Part shown: positions 8,297 to 16,999 of the stretch, piece after piece
Numbering within the stretch: position 1 is the stretch's first letter
How the letters are laid out: each line of letters opens with the position of its first letter
DNA from: an uncultured virus (IMG/VR IMGVR_UViG_3300011830_000001)
Lineage: Duplodnaviria; Heunggongvirae; Uroviricota; Caudoviricetes
Length of the DNA: 64,000 nucleotides
Strand: one strand, 5' to 3'
Virus record (IMG/VR): IMGVR_UViG_3300011830_000001
Coordinates: 1-64,000 of that record
Notes under the pieces: generated by a model
Databases searched by the model: none
Seen by the model: the letters and a program-made list of their open reading frames with translations, nothing else
What the model was told of the DNA's origin: nothing
Position numbers and translations under genes: made by a program

Positions 8297-9806
8297 GGGC
8301 GCTAAGTCCATTATTCACGATCCACGCTGGCCCGCCTTTGTGGAGCGCTACTGCTACGATTGGGAGCGCGCCTGTGAAGAACTGTTTGGTAAGCACCCTA
8401 CCTGGCAGCAGTGCCTGGTTATCGATGCCGTACAGGAGGAAGGGAGTAAGACAACTGTTTCATCCGGGCACGGTACAGGTAAATCAGACCTGACCTCGAT
8501 GATCACCATCATCTACATGCTGTGCTACGAGCTGGCGCGTGTGGTCATCATTGCGAACAAAATCGGGCAGGTTAAGGCGGGTGTATTCAAATACCTGCGC
8601 ATCAACTGGAACACCCTCATAACGCGTGAGCCGTGGATAGAGCAGTATTTCGTGCTGACGGATACCATGTTCTATGAAAAGGCCAATAAGGGCGTATGGA
8701 GCGTTGCAGCGAAGGGCTTCCGTCCGGGTAACGAAGAGTCGCTGGCGGGTGAGCACGCAGAGCACCTGCTGAACATCATCGATGAGGCATCCGGCGTATC
8801 GCCAAAAGCGTTTGGTGTGATCACCGGCTCTCTGACGCAGAAAGACAACCGCATGCTGCTGCTGAGCCAGCCAACGCGCCCCAGCGGCTATTTCTACGAC
8901 TCCCATCACTCCCTGGCGAAGAACGCCGACAACCCGAACGGCGTCTATACCGCTATCGTGCTGAACTCCGAAGAGTCGCCACTGGTAACGCGTGAGTTTA
9001 TCGTGATGAAGCTTGCCGAGTACGGCGGGCGAGACTCTCCGGAGTACAAAATCAAGGTGCTGGGGATCTTCCCTGAGAACGCTGCTGGCTTCCTGCTGGG
9101 ACGTGACCAGTGCGAACGTGCGCAGCGCCGCCGGGTGATGATGCACAAAGGCTGGGGCTGGATCGCTACCTGTGACGTTGGCAACGGACGAGACAAATCG
9201 GTTATCAATATCGGGCGCGTCTCCGGCGACGGGGATAAAAGGCGCTACGTTCCGTTTAGCGTGGTTGAATATGATGGGGCAACAGATCCGGTTTCATTCG
9301 GTCATGTCATCCATTCATCGTGTGACCCAATAAAGTTTCCCAACATTTCAATAGGGGTAGATGGCGATGGCGTAGGCTCCGCTACAATTAAGGTGCTGAA
9401 CAACCTCGGGCGCAACGTGCAGGTTATTCGATGGGGTAAGCCTGTATTCTCTGATGAAGAGAAAAAGCGCTTTGCAAATAAACGTGCCAAAGCGTGTATA
9501 TGGGCGCGTGATGCGGTCATATATGGGCGCATGGTGCTTGATAAAAACCCTCGCACAATTGACCAAGCCTCCAAGATTCCTTCGGATATTAATGAGGCCG
9601 GGCAGTACACCATCATGAAAAAGCAAATCATGAAACAGAAGTTAAATATCTCTTCACCAGACCGATGGGATACTTACTGTTTTGTGGCTCTCATGTCCTA
9701 TACACCAGCAGAAGTGGATATGGACTATGACGTGGATAGTGTTCGTGCCGATGCGCTTAAATATCTGGATGATTTTGACGATGCAGAAGATAGCCCGCTG
9801 GCATAG
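8274..9806 (+). CDS. pacB: terminase large subunit PacB
   Basis: Walker A SGHGTGKS, Walker B IIDEASG, nuclease motifs DVGNGRD and SPDRWD. Confidence 0.95.
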   Translation: MSSSKKSRGAKSIIHDPRWPAFVERYCYDWERACEELFGKHPTWQQCLVIDAVQEEGSKTTVSSGHGTGKSDLTSMITIIYMLCYELARVVIIANKIGQVKAGVFKYLRINWNTLITREPWIEQYFVLTDTMFYEKANKGVWSVAAKGFRPGNEESLAGEHAEHLLNIIDEASGVSPKAFGVITGSLTQKDNRMLLLSQPTRPSGYFYDSHHSLAKNADNPNGVYTAIVLNSEESPLVTREFIVMKLAEYGGRDSPEYKIKVLGIFPENAAGFLLGRDQCERAQRRRVMMHKGWGWIATCDVGNGRDKSVINIGRVSGDGDKRRYVPFSVVEYDGATDPVSFGHVIHSSCDPIKFPNISIGVDGDGVGSATIKVLNNLGRNVQVIRWGKPVFSDEEKKRFANKRAKACIWARDAVIYGRMVLDKNPRTIDQASKIPSDINEAGQYTIMKKQIMKQKLNISSPDRWDTYCFVALMSYTPAEVDMDYDVDSVRADALKYLDDFDDAEDSPLA

Positions 9807-9823
9807 CGCAGCGGGCTGGTGGA

Positions 9824-10675
9824 TCATACAGAGACCGCGTTAGGATTCTTTGTCCTGGACGCCTTGCGACGTTTAGCCATCGTCGCTGTGCGCGCCTGGC
9901 GCTTCTCTTCCTTTGCTGATTCAGCAGCGGATTTAGTTTCCGTCCTCAGTTGCTTGATGCGATCTACGTCGTCCTGTAGGTAAATCTCAAAGTTCGGGTA
10001 GATAGAGCACGGGATAGTAACCAGCTCGTCATAAAAGTACGGGCCTTTTCCTTCTATTTTATTTCGTATCCTGAAATACGATGGATCTGGCATATCGCGT
10101 GTATCTAATATGCAGCCTGAGCGAGTGACCCTTATTGAATCATACCGCCCGCGATATGACCCTTTATTATAAAGGTAGATCATTGTGTCACGATATCCGC
10201 ATGCCCTGAGACGGAACATAGTTCCCTCGGGGAATTTGCTGAATCGCTCAATGTCATTTTGCATATTTTCACGGTCAATCGGATTAGGATTGTTTCGATA
10301 TTTCTTGTCGATAAACCCTAATATCTTCTCACGCGATGCCTGCTTGATGCTGGCCGCTTCAAATTCATTGACTGTAAAGCCAACAAAGCCGGAAATAATG
10401 GAAGGCACTTGCTGATAGTACAGAATAGATTGAACTGTGCGGCCTGTGCGTGCGCAATACTCGTCTGCAACTTCCTTGAATGCTTCCCACTTATTAATAA
10501 TGGCCCGCGCTTCTTTAATCAGCGTAATATCAGAGGTCATTCCGATAGGCCGGAACTCCTCATCAAACTGTGAATGTGATGAGTGGATTTTTATTTTCTC
10601 CACCAGCGCATACCACTTATCACGTAGCCTCAAAAAGCTCTTTACTTGTTTCTCAAACTCAATTTCTGTAATCAT
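9824..10675 (-). CDS. c1: C1 repressor homolog (283 aa)
   Basis: ATG 10675 with GAGGTG RBS; FRLRACGYRDTM and FYDELVTIPCSIYPNFEIY align with P1 C1 as recalled; lies between pacB and lox. Confidence 0.85.
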   Translation of the reverse strand: MITEIEFEKQVKSFLRLRDKWYALVEKIKIHSSHSQFDEEFRPIGMTSDITLIKEARAIINKWEAFKEVADEYCARTGRTVQSILYYQQVPSIISGFVGFTVNEFEAASIKQASREKILGFIDKKYRNNPNPIDRENMQNDIERFSKFPEGTMFRLRACGYRDTMIYLYNKGSYRGRYDSIRVTRSGCILDTRDMPDPSYFRIRNKIEGKGPYFYDELVTIPCSIYPNFEIYLQDDVDRIKQLRTETKSAAESAKEEKRQARTATMAKRRKASRTKNPNAVSV

Positions 10676-10873
10676 AAGCACCTCTTTTACCCTCCGTGGC
10701 TGTCTAAACAATTTTTGGACGGCCTTATCCTGCCTGATTCAACTTGAGAAAGCTTATCACACGGTATCAAGTGCGAATCAAATCAAGTCTAAATCTTCAT
10801 GTAAATTAAACGTAAACCAAGCACTAAACGCCAGGTAAACGCAAGCACTTTTTACCATGCCCCTTCCCATTTC

Positions 10874-10910
10874 CATGACTTCGCATTATTATAAGGAATG
10901 CGAAGTCATG
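10874..10910. other. lox-like recombination site
   Basis: Perfect 14-bp inverted arms CATGACTTCGCATT / AATGCGAAGTCATG around the spacer ATTATAAGG; arm matches the loxP arm ATAACTTCGTATA at 10 of 13 positions; upstream of cre. Confidence 0.9.
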
Positions 10911-11075
10911 AATTAAAAGCCCACATTAAGTGGGGTGAGTAAAGCTACTCGATCTTTTTAAAGGTAGCAATGTTTCGGGTAGGAATTTGTTTAGTTGTGA
11001 ATCTAAAACCACATTATTTCGGAACAGTATTAGAGTAGAAAGTTACGCAGTAAATAGTTAATCTGGGGGAATATA

Positions 11076-12101
11076 GTGATAGACAATAATAACACCGCGT
11101 TATCGGTGGGCGTTACCACGTCAGACGAGATATTAGACCGTCTTAAGATGTTTGCTGCGGACAAAGATGCTTACGCAAAAAACACCTGGACGGAAACGCT
11201 CAGGACGTTCCAAAAATGGCTGGCTTACGCTGAAAAACACGGGTATCAAGGCTTGCCCGCCAATCCTACGCACGTTCGTGCGTATTTAATGGATCTGCAA
11301 GCCAGTGGCCGCAGCGCGGCAACCGTCAAGGTGCATCTGTCACGCATTAATATGGTTCACAGCAACCTGGGCTTGCCGCGTCCCGGCGTGGATCCGGTTG
11401 TCCGTCGCGTAACAAAGAGCATCACGCGCAGCGCCGTGCAGGACGGCGAACGCCAGGGCCAGGCCGTGCCATTCCGGCGCGATGACCTTAACACCCTTAC
11501 TGAGCTATGGGCCGAGTCTCCGGCGCTGATGGATTTGCGGGATCTGGCTCTGCTGGGGATCGCCTGGAACACCATGCTGCGTATCAGCGAGGTTTGTCGT
11601 ATCCGGGTACGCGATATCGCATGGCAAGATAACGAGACAGCCCTGATCCACATCGGCTGGACGAAGACCACCGTTAACGCGAACGGCATCGTTAAGGCGC
11701 TGGCCCCGCGCACCACCAGGCAGCTGCGTAACTGGATGAAGGCCGCAGACCTGATGGATAAGCCGGACTCCCCTCTATTCATACCAGTGCACCACCGCAG
11801 CCGGAAGCCTATCTATACTGATAAGCCACTCACCACGCGCTCCGGGCAGAATATCCTTAACCGCGCCTGGCTCGCCGTGGGCCATACCGACCATACGCCT
11901 GTAAAGGAAAGGTATGCCAGCTGGAGCGGACACTCTGCCCGTGTTGGCGCGTGCGTTGATCTGCTGGAGTCCGGCGTGTCCCTGGAGAAAATCATGCTAT
12001 TGGGGAACTGGAAAAGCCCGGTGATGGTACTGCATTACCTCCGCAACGCACTGGCTGGCAACGACGAATTAAGCGCCCTCATACCTGATAACCCGCTCTA
12101 A
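11076..12101 (+). CDS. cre: Cre-type tyrosine recombinase
   Basis: 341 aa; LRISE, TKT, WSGHSARVG, GNW and HYLR catalytic motifs. Confidence 0.95.
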   Translation: MIDNNNTALSVGVTTSDEILDRLKMFAADKDAYAKNTWTETLRTFQKWLAYAEKHGYQGLPANPTHVRAYLMDLQASGRSAATVKVHLSRINMVHSNLGLPRPGVDPVVRRVTKSITRSAVQDGERQGQAVPFRRDDLNTLTELWAESPALMDLRDLALLGIAWNTMLRISEVCRIRVRDIAWQDNETALIHIGWTKTTVNANGIVKALAPRTTRQLRNWMKAADLMDKPDSPLFIPVHHRSRKPIYTDKPLTTRSGQNILNRAWLAVGHTDHTPVKERYASWSGHSARVGACVDLLESGVSLEKIMLLGNWKSPVMVLHYLRNALAGNDELSALIPDNPL

Positions 12102-12217
12102 ACGAAAACATAAAACCGCGCCAGTGCTGAACTGTGCGCGGTTATTGCCGATATATAACGACTAAAATGTTTTTGTGTGATAGTTTTCATTCAGTTTTCG
12201 AGTACGAGTTAAACCGA

Positions 12218-12529
12218 ATGAGCCGAAACGAAAGCATCCTCTTCATTATGTGGGCGTACTACCTCCACGCCGACCGAACCGTCGTTGATACAGCCGACAT
12301 TCGTTCCCTCATTCGGGCCGAACTTCCCGATCTTGATTGTGATAACGGCATCTGGCGGCGGCATATGAAACAGCTTATGCGCCGCAACCTGATCAATGAC
12401 CGCAGCGGCAACCGCACTGATGAGCCGGATGATTTGCGCCGCACGCCAACACAAATCTGCCTCACCGCCGCCGGACGCATCAATGCCCGCCGGATTTATG
12501 AGCAACATGAGCGCCGTAAGAATAAGTGA
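12218..12529 (+). CDS. hypothetical protein, winged-helix-like
   Basis: MKQLMRRNLI...ICLTAAG wing motif; start uncertain. Confidence 0.55.
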   Translation: MSRNESILFIMWAYYLHADRTVVDTADIRSLIRAELPDLDCDNGIWRRHMKQLMRRNLINDRSGNRTDEPDDLRRTPTQICLTAAGRINARRIYEQHERRKNK

Positions 12530-12840
12530 GTAAGCCGACCGTATATCGTCAATTCGAGGTAGACGGTATCGCCTGCACGCTGGCGGCTGGTATGAAAGCC
12601 CGGCGGGCGCTGGTGGTATTTGGTTTCAGGCCGGATTTAAACCAGCTAGCAAACGTCACCATCGAGTACCCAATGCGCACACTACAGGCCGCGAATGAGT
12701 TTGTGGCGCTGGCGGACGACGACACGATCCGGCGCGGGATAGCGAAGTACCAGAGCGATATAGAGGATCTGGCCCGGCGTGTAAACGCGGCGCTGAATAA
12801 GCCGTACAGGGAAGATAAGGGGTACAAAACGAGGGGTTAG
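12526..12840 (+). CDS. hypothetical protein
   Basis: Coupled GTGA overlap; 104 aa. Confidence 0.65.
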   Translation: MSKPTVYRQFEVDGIACTLAAGMKARRALVVFGFRPDLNQLANVTIEYPMRTLQAANEFVALADDDTIRRGIAKYQSDIEDLARRVNAALNKPYREDKGYKTRG

Positions 12841-12943
12841 GTATCGGGCCGCAGTGAGCTACAGCCCGAAGTGCTTTAAGTGCCAACCTGGGGGGAAAGC
12901 ATTGAAAGCGCGTGTAGGTTAACTAATTAATAAGGAAAATCCA

Positions 12944-13774
12944 ATGAAAGAGATTATTTTCAACGAGAGTTTTTCACTAAAGCACAATGAAAATGGGCTT
13001 TTTGACCGTATCGAACTGGAGATTGCCGCCAGCCTGCTCCTGGGTTTTCATCTGTTGGAGCGCACCGAGCGCGGCGACGTGATTATGACGAACGGACAGG
13101 GTAAATTCTTCCTGACCAAAGAGGACAGCCCCAGCATGGAGCTGCTTGACCAGCTCAACACCGAGTACAGCGCCGAATACCTGGCACCGATGAACAGCAA
13201 AAGCCTGTGCCAGCAGCTAATGAAGGTCTTCCCCATGTTTATCAGCAGCCAGGTTGCCAACATGGGTGAGCTGGTGGCCCGCTGGATCGTGGAAAGCAAC
13301 ACAGTGTTTGGCGCGGGCAATCCGGAAATGGGGATCCATACAGGCCGTGACTCCTGGGTAGTCACTGCCAGCGAGAATATCTGCGAGGCCATTGTGCTGA
13401 ACGCCCTGCGCCAGGCTGGCTGTATGCGCCAGGCCGCTATTTACTTCCCGAAAGCCATCGACAGCGCGTCGCTGATTTGGGTCACGCCGGAGACCGCCTC
13501 TGTTATTCAGCAAAACCCTCAGCTAAGCGCCTCTACCGTGTTTGTTCCCGCGTTCGACCGCTACGCCCTTACTGGCGTGCCTCCGGAGGAACTGGAAAGC
13601 GAGATTGCCACCGCCAAGCTGGAATGGCAGGTAGCGATCACCCGCTTCTATAAAGCGCAGGGCCAGAAACCGCCTAAAGAGCTGTTTGAATCTGAGCGTG
13701 CTGAACAGCCGCAGCAGGAGCCACAACCTGAATCGCAGGCAGAGCCGCAGCCGGAACAGGAGACTGCCGAGTAA
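12944..13774 (+). CDS. hypothetical protein
   Basis: TAAGGA RBS; 276 aa with an EQPQ-rich tail. Confidence 0.8.
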   Translation: MKEIIFNESFSLKHNENGLFDRIELEIAASLLLGFHLLERTERGDVIMTNGQGKFFLTKEDSPSMELLDQLNTEYSAEYLAPMNSKSLCQQLMKVFPMFISSQVANMGELVARWIVESNTVFGAGNPEMGIHTGRDSWVVTASENICEAIVLNALRQAGCMRQAAIYFPKAIDSASLIWVTPETASVIQQNPQLSASTVFVPAFDRYALTGVPPEELESEIATAKLEWQVAITRFYKAQGQKPPKELFESERAEQPQQEPQPESQAEPQPEQETAE

Positions 13775-14118
13775 TGAAAAGCGTATTGCTGTTAATCCCG
13801 CTGCTGCTGGTGGGCTGTGATGAGTCGAGCCTTAAGGAAGTGCGCCAGTACGATCTGGCCCGAGAAAGCCATGAACTGCGCAATGAGAGCCGCTTTGATA
13901 TGCGCGTGGTCGATGATTTCTACGACAGCAATGCGCACCACCCTAAGCGCGATATCTTCATCATTACCGACAACAAAACCCATAAGCAGTACCTGGGCGT
14001 TGAGGGTGTCGGCGTCACTGAGCTGTCAAATCAGCTGAACCAGCAGGACGATGATGATCAGATCACCCAGGTGGCGGTTTCCTCTGCTGCGAAAGCGACA
14101 AAGGCGGTATCCCAATGA
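13774..14118 (+). CDS. lipoprotein
   Basis: Signal peptide with lipobox LLVGC. Confidence 0.8.
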   Translation: MKSVLLLIPLLLVGCDESSLKEVRQYDLARESHELRNESRFDMRVVDDFYDSNAHHPKRDIFIITDNKTHKQYLGVEGVGVTELSNQLNQQDDDDQITQVAVSSAAKATKAVSQ

Positions 14119-14471
14119 AGCGCTTAGCCCTGCTCCTGTCCCTTCTGCTGGTGGGATGCAACCAGACCAGCGGCGACGTCATGAGCCGTCCGGAGCTGCA
14201 TGCCCGCGCCTACATCAGCAAGATGGCCCAACACCAGCGCATCGATATAGAGCGCAGCATGCACGCGGCGATCCCGGCGTTTGAGCGTGCCTACCACGCG
14301 GGCCAGCTGGAGCGTAAGAGCCATGCCAGTGATGACAAAGCCCGCTATGACGCTGATCGCATCTACCGGATGAACGTGATCGACGTCGGCACAAATGACG
14401 ACCGCCGCGACTCGGTGATATTCGCCAGCGAGATCCGCGAAACCTTCCTCGATGGTTACGCCGGAAAATGA
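14115..14471 (+). CDS. Exc2-like lipoprotein
   Basis: Lipobox LLVGC; PELHARAY and C-terminal ETFLDGYAGK resemble the Exc2 family. Confidence 0.65.
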   Translation: MKRLALLLSLLLVGCNQTSGDVMSRPELHARAYISKMAQHQRIDIERSMHAAIPAFERAYHAGQLERKSHASDDKARYDADRIYRMNVIDVGTNDDRRDSVIFASEIRETFLDGYAGK

Positions 14472-14479
14472 CCACCAGC

Positions 14480-14508
14480 CAGCCCCTTGATTGGGGCTGT
14501 TTTTATTT
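14480..14508 (+). terminator. intrinsic terminator
   Basis: CAGCCCC-TTGATT-GGGGCTG-TTTTTATTT. Confidence 0.85.
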
Positions 14509-14530
14509 CGTCTTAACTTTAGTTTAGATG

Positions 14531-14590
14531 TTGACGATGCGCACGACCGTGCGTATATTCCAAATCAGGCAATACGCACAATCGTGCGTA
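14531..14590 (+). promoter_or_regulatory. strong sigma70 promoter with two 18-bp palindromic operators
   Basis: TTGACG (14531-14536), 17 bp, TATATT (14554-14559); TGCGCACGACCGTGCGTA (14538-14555) and TACGCACAATCGTGCGTA (14573-14590). Confidence 0.85.
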
Positions 14591-14620
14591 CCATGAAACA
14601 AAGCGATGAGGAATACCGAC

Positions 14621-14917
14621 ATGTTCTTTTCAACAAACGCCCGCCTGCAACGCCTGGCTGTCTCCTGCAACGTCCCGGCATGGAATGTCATGGTTGACCC
14701 TAAAACAGCCTTCACCCGCGAGGATGACCTGACCAAAATCGTGCTGCTGAACAAAGAAGGCCACCAGGTAGCGTGGGGCTATGCCAAATACGATTACGCC
14801 TGGGAGCGTATGGAAGCCGAAATGAAGAAGTTTGCCGAAACCGAAGAGTGTAAAGAGGGCTGGGCGAAGTATGTTGCCGAGGGCCAGCCTGCTATTGATA
14901 CCCTGGGAGCAATGTGA
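14621..14917 (+). CDS. small hypothetical protein, candidate anti-CRISPR/anti-defence protein
   Basis: GAGGA RBS, 98 aa; first gene after the operator-bearing promoter and upstream of an Aca-like HTH gene. Confidence 0.7.
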   Translation: MFFSTNARLQRLAVSCNVPAWNVMVDPKTAFTREDDLTKIVLLNKEGHQVAWGYAKYDYAWERMEAEMKKFAETEECKEGWAKYVAEGQPAIDTLGAM

Positions 14918-15180
14918 TGATCCGTAAACCACTGACCAAAGAACAGGAGGCGGCTAAGGCCGCTTTCCCTGACGGCGAATTTAGCCGCGAGCAGGCGCAG
15001 GAGCTGATGCGCCACTTTACGCGCCTGCGCATCATCAATGACCAGCGCACCCACTTCATGCTGGAGACCCGCACCAACGACTATGGGTATGACCAGCTGG
15101 AGTGGCGCGTATGGAACTTCCAGCCGGATGCCGGGGCGACATTAAAGCCTTACCTGTACGACGGGGAAGCCATGCAATAA
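14917..15180 (+). CDS. DUF905 (YkfF-like) protein
   Basis: PDGEFSREQAQ...DQRTHF...WRVWNFQPDAG matches the DUF905 pattern. Confidence 0.8.
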   Translation: MIRKPLTKEQEAAKAAFPDGEFSREQAQELMRHFTRLRIINDQRTHFMLETRTNDYGYDQLEWRVWNFQPDAGATLKPYLYDGEAMQ

Positions 15181-15183
15181 TCT

Positions 15184-15212
15184 AACGGGCTGCGGCCCGT
15201 TTTCGCTTTTTT
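15184..15212 (+). terminator. intrinsic terminator/attenuator
   Basis: AACGGGC-TGCG-GCCCGTT followed by T-rich sequence. Confidence 0.65.
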
Positions 15213-15263
15213 GCGGATCCGTCAACCAACTATTTTCGGGAAACCAGGGAAACGTCAACCACT

Positions 15264-15515
15264 ATGCTGATCACCTCACCCACGCAGGAATTTATCTACC
15301 TGAACAACCACGCCGCCAACATCAAGCGGCTGCGCAAGAAGATAGGCCTCACGCAGAAGGCCTGCGCCGAGCGCTTTGGATATGCGCTGCGGACGTGGCA
15401 GGCCAAAGAGCAGGAGGCCAGCGCTGAAAACTCCCGCCCGCTCTCTGATGGCGAATTTGAATTGCTGTTATTATTGGCAGGTGAGCACCCATCGTTTACC
15501 CTAAAGGAAAAGTAA
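15264..15515 (+). CDS. small HTH regulator, Aca9-like
   Basis: NIKRLRKKIGLTQKACAERFG...TWQAKE...EFELLLLLAGEHP resembles Aca9 as recalled. Confidence 0.65.
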   Translation: MLITSPTQEFIYLNNHAANIKRLRKKIGLTQKACAERFGYALRTWQAKEQEASAENSRPLSDGEFELLLLLAGEHPSFTLKEK

Positions 15516-15535
15516 ATCTAAACCTGGGGACACCA

Positions 15536-15823
15536 ATGAACGATTCACGCGAAAGGTTCGAAAGCCACATAATCGAGACCAAACCGCACTTGCCGATTGT
15601 GCGCCGCTTTGACGGCGGCTATGAGAACGTTAAGACCAATACCCTCTGGCAGATATGGCAGGAAGCGCAGCGCGAGCCGGAAGCCCGCTGCGCTAACCTC
15701 ACCGCTATGGTTATGCGCCTGGCTAACCAGATACGCAAAAAGCAGCCTAAGAACGCGGTAGCCGAGAAGGCAATCCAGTACCTCACCGAGAACAAACTTA
15801 TTCAATTTCTACGAATCGAATAG
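15536..15823 (+). CDS. hypothetical phage protein
   Basis: GGGGA RBS; SRERFE...GGY...LWQIWQ type phage domain. Confidence 0.7.
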   Translation: MNDSRERFESHIIETKPHLPIVRRFDGGYENVKTNTLWQIWQEAQREPEARCANLTAMVMRLANQIRKKQPKNAVAEKAIQYLTENKLIQFLRIE

Positions 15824-15847
15824 AACTAAACAATTTTCTTGCGGTTT

Positions 15848-15868
15848 CCAGTAAACCTTTTTTACTCT
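15848..15868 (+). promoter_or_regulatory. putative Lpa-dependent late promoter
   Basis: CCAGTAAAC-6 nt-TACTCT, the same architecture as four other late-operon promoters. Confidence 0.6.
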
Positions 15869-15875
15869 CTCGCAC

Positions 15876-15981
15876 GTCGGGGATGGCGTTTGCGGGGGCC
15901 GTAAATTTCGACGTTTATCTAACCCGATTTTTCGCGCACCAATCCTCGACACTGGCCTCTTTATTGAGGCCTTATTTTTTT
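15876..15981 (+). ncRNA. candidate structured late small RNA or leader RNA
   Basis: Follows the late promoter; GTCGGGGAT (15876-15884) pairs with ATCCTCGAC (15942-15950); ends in a GGCCTC/GAGGCC hairpin plus TTATTTTTTT. Confidence 0.55.
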
Positions 15982-15998
15982 CCAGCGAGGGTTAACCT

Positions 15999-16655
15999 AT
16001 GTCCACCGTTAAGCGTATCGCCGTCCTCACTACCTCCACCAACCAGCCCATGATGATCCAGGCCGTCTACAAAGACGGAATGCTCACGTTTGGCAAGCTC
16101 AAGTCCCTCCCCGTCTCCCGTATGGCCTTGCACGCTACAGCAGTGCCGATTCTGGCGACGCTGGTGGCCCGTGGCTTTACGGTGCTGGTGGATGAGCGTG
16201 ACGGCTCCCTATCGCGCCTCTCCGGCGCTCAGCACATCACGTTTGGTACGAAGTTCGCCACTGGCGAGCCGATGATCGTCATGGCCTTCAACCTGGTGCG
16301 CGAAATGAAGCGCCAGCACGCCATTATCCCGCCGGAGGATAACCCGTCTGGTTTCGACGTGCCGGATACCGTGGTTAACGAGGTGTACAGCCAGTCGGGC
16401 GATATCAGCTACCGCGTGGATTGGGAGAACCTGCGCACCGAGCATTACCTGACCCTGCTGGCAGCTTACGCGACTGTGCATAACGCCGTGGGTACCGCCG
16501 CCTATATCAGGGCTGTCATGGGCGGTGCCGAGCCGGAGACGAAAATGCCTGATCCGCTGTCGGCAATCGTGGCCCATGAGCAGGCCAGAGCCGATGCGCA
16601 AATGCAGCCGAGCCTGACGGGTACCCGTCCGGACGAAAACACCTGGATCTTCTGA
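15999..16655 (+). CDS. mat: particle maturation protein Mat
   Basis: Resembles P1 Mat (KRIAVLTTST.QP.M, VLVDE, YRVDWENLRTEH, SLTG...DENT). Confidence 0.8.
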   Translation: MSTVKRIAVLTTSTNQPMMIQAVYKDGMLTFGKLKSLPVSRMALHATAVPILATLVARGFTVLVDERDGSLSRLSGAQHITFGTKFATGEPMIVMAFNLVREMKRQHAIIPPEDNPSGFDVPDTVVNEVYSQSGDISYRVDWENLRTEHYLTLLAAYATVHNAVGTAAYIRAVMGGAEPETKMPDPLSAIVAHEQARADAQMQPSLTGTRPDENTWIF

Positions 16656-16999
16656 TGGCACTCAAGTCCCCAAACCAATATAGCCGCCTCGATGACCGCA
16701 GCGTCGAAGACCTCATTCTCCGGGCCTACTTGCACCGGGAGATCATCCAACAGTCCGAGCGGTTCGATGATGAAAACAACTTCACCTACACCATCAAGCC
16801 AGATGAGAAGTACCGTCCGGATCTGGCCTCCTATCGCGCCTACGGGACGGTAGAGCTGCGCTGGGTGATAAACAGGATTGCAGGCCATGAAAGCGAGCTG
16901 GAGCCGTTGCAGGCAGGCCAGGATTTAAGCCTGCCGTCTACCGCGTTTATCCGTGACCGCGTGCGCCATTACGTTGAAAATCCCGAGATCGAAAGCTGA
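16655..16999 (+). CDS. baseplate protein gp26 (LysM-like)
   Basis: SRLDDR...PDEKYRPDLASYR...ELRWV as in P1 gp26. Confidence 0.85.
   Translation: MALKSPNQYSRLDDRSVEDLILRAYLHREIIQQSERFDDENNFTYTIKPDEKYRPDLASYRAYGTVELRWVINRIAGHESELEPLQAGQDLSLPSTAFIRDRVRHYVENPEIES

Noticed and set aside
12908..12926. GCGTGTAGGTTAACTA, a partial match to the rep iteron
   Set aside because: Single copy and only half matches; could be chance.
15876..15950. Possible tRNA, since P1 relatives carry tRNA genes
   Set aside because: No cloverleaf, no properly placed T-arm and no CCA end; it folds as one long hairpin.
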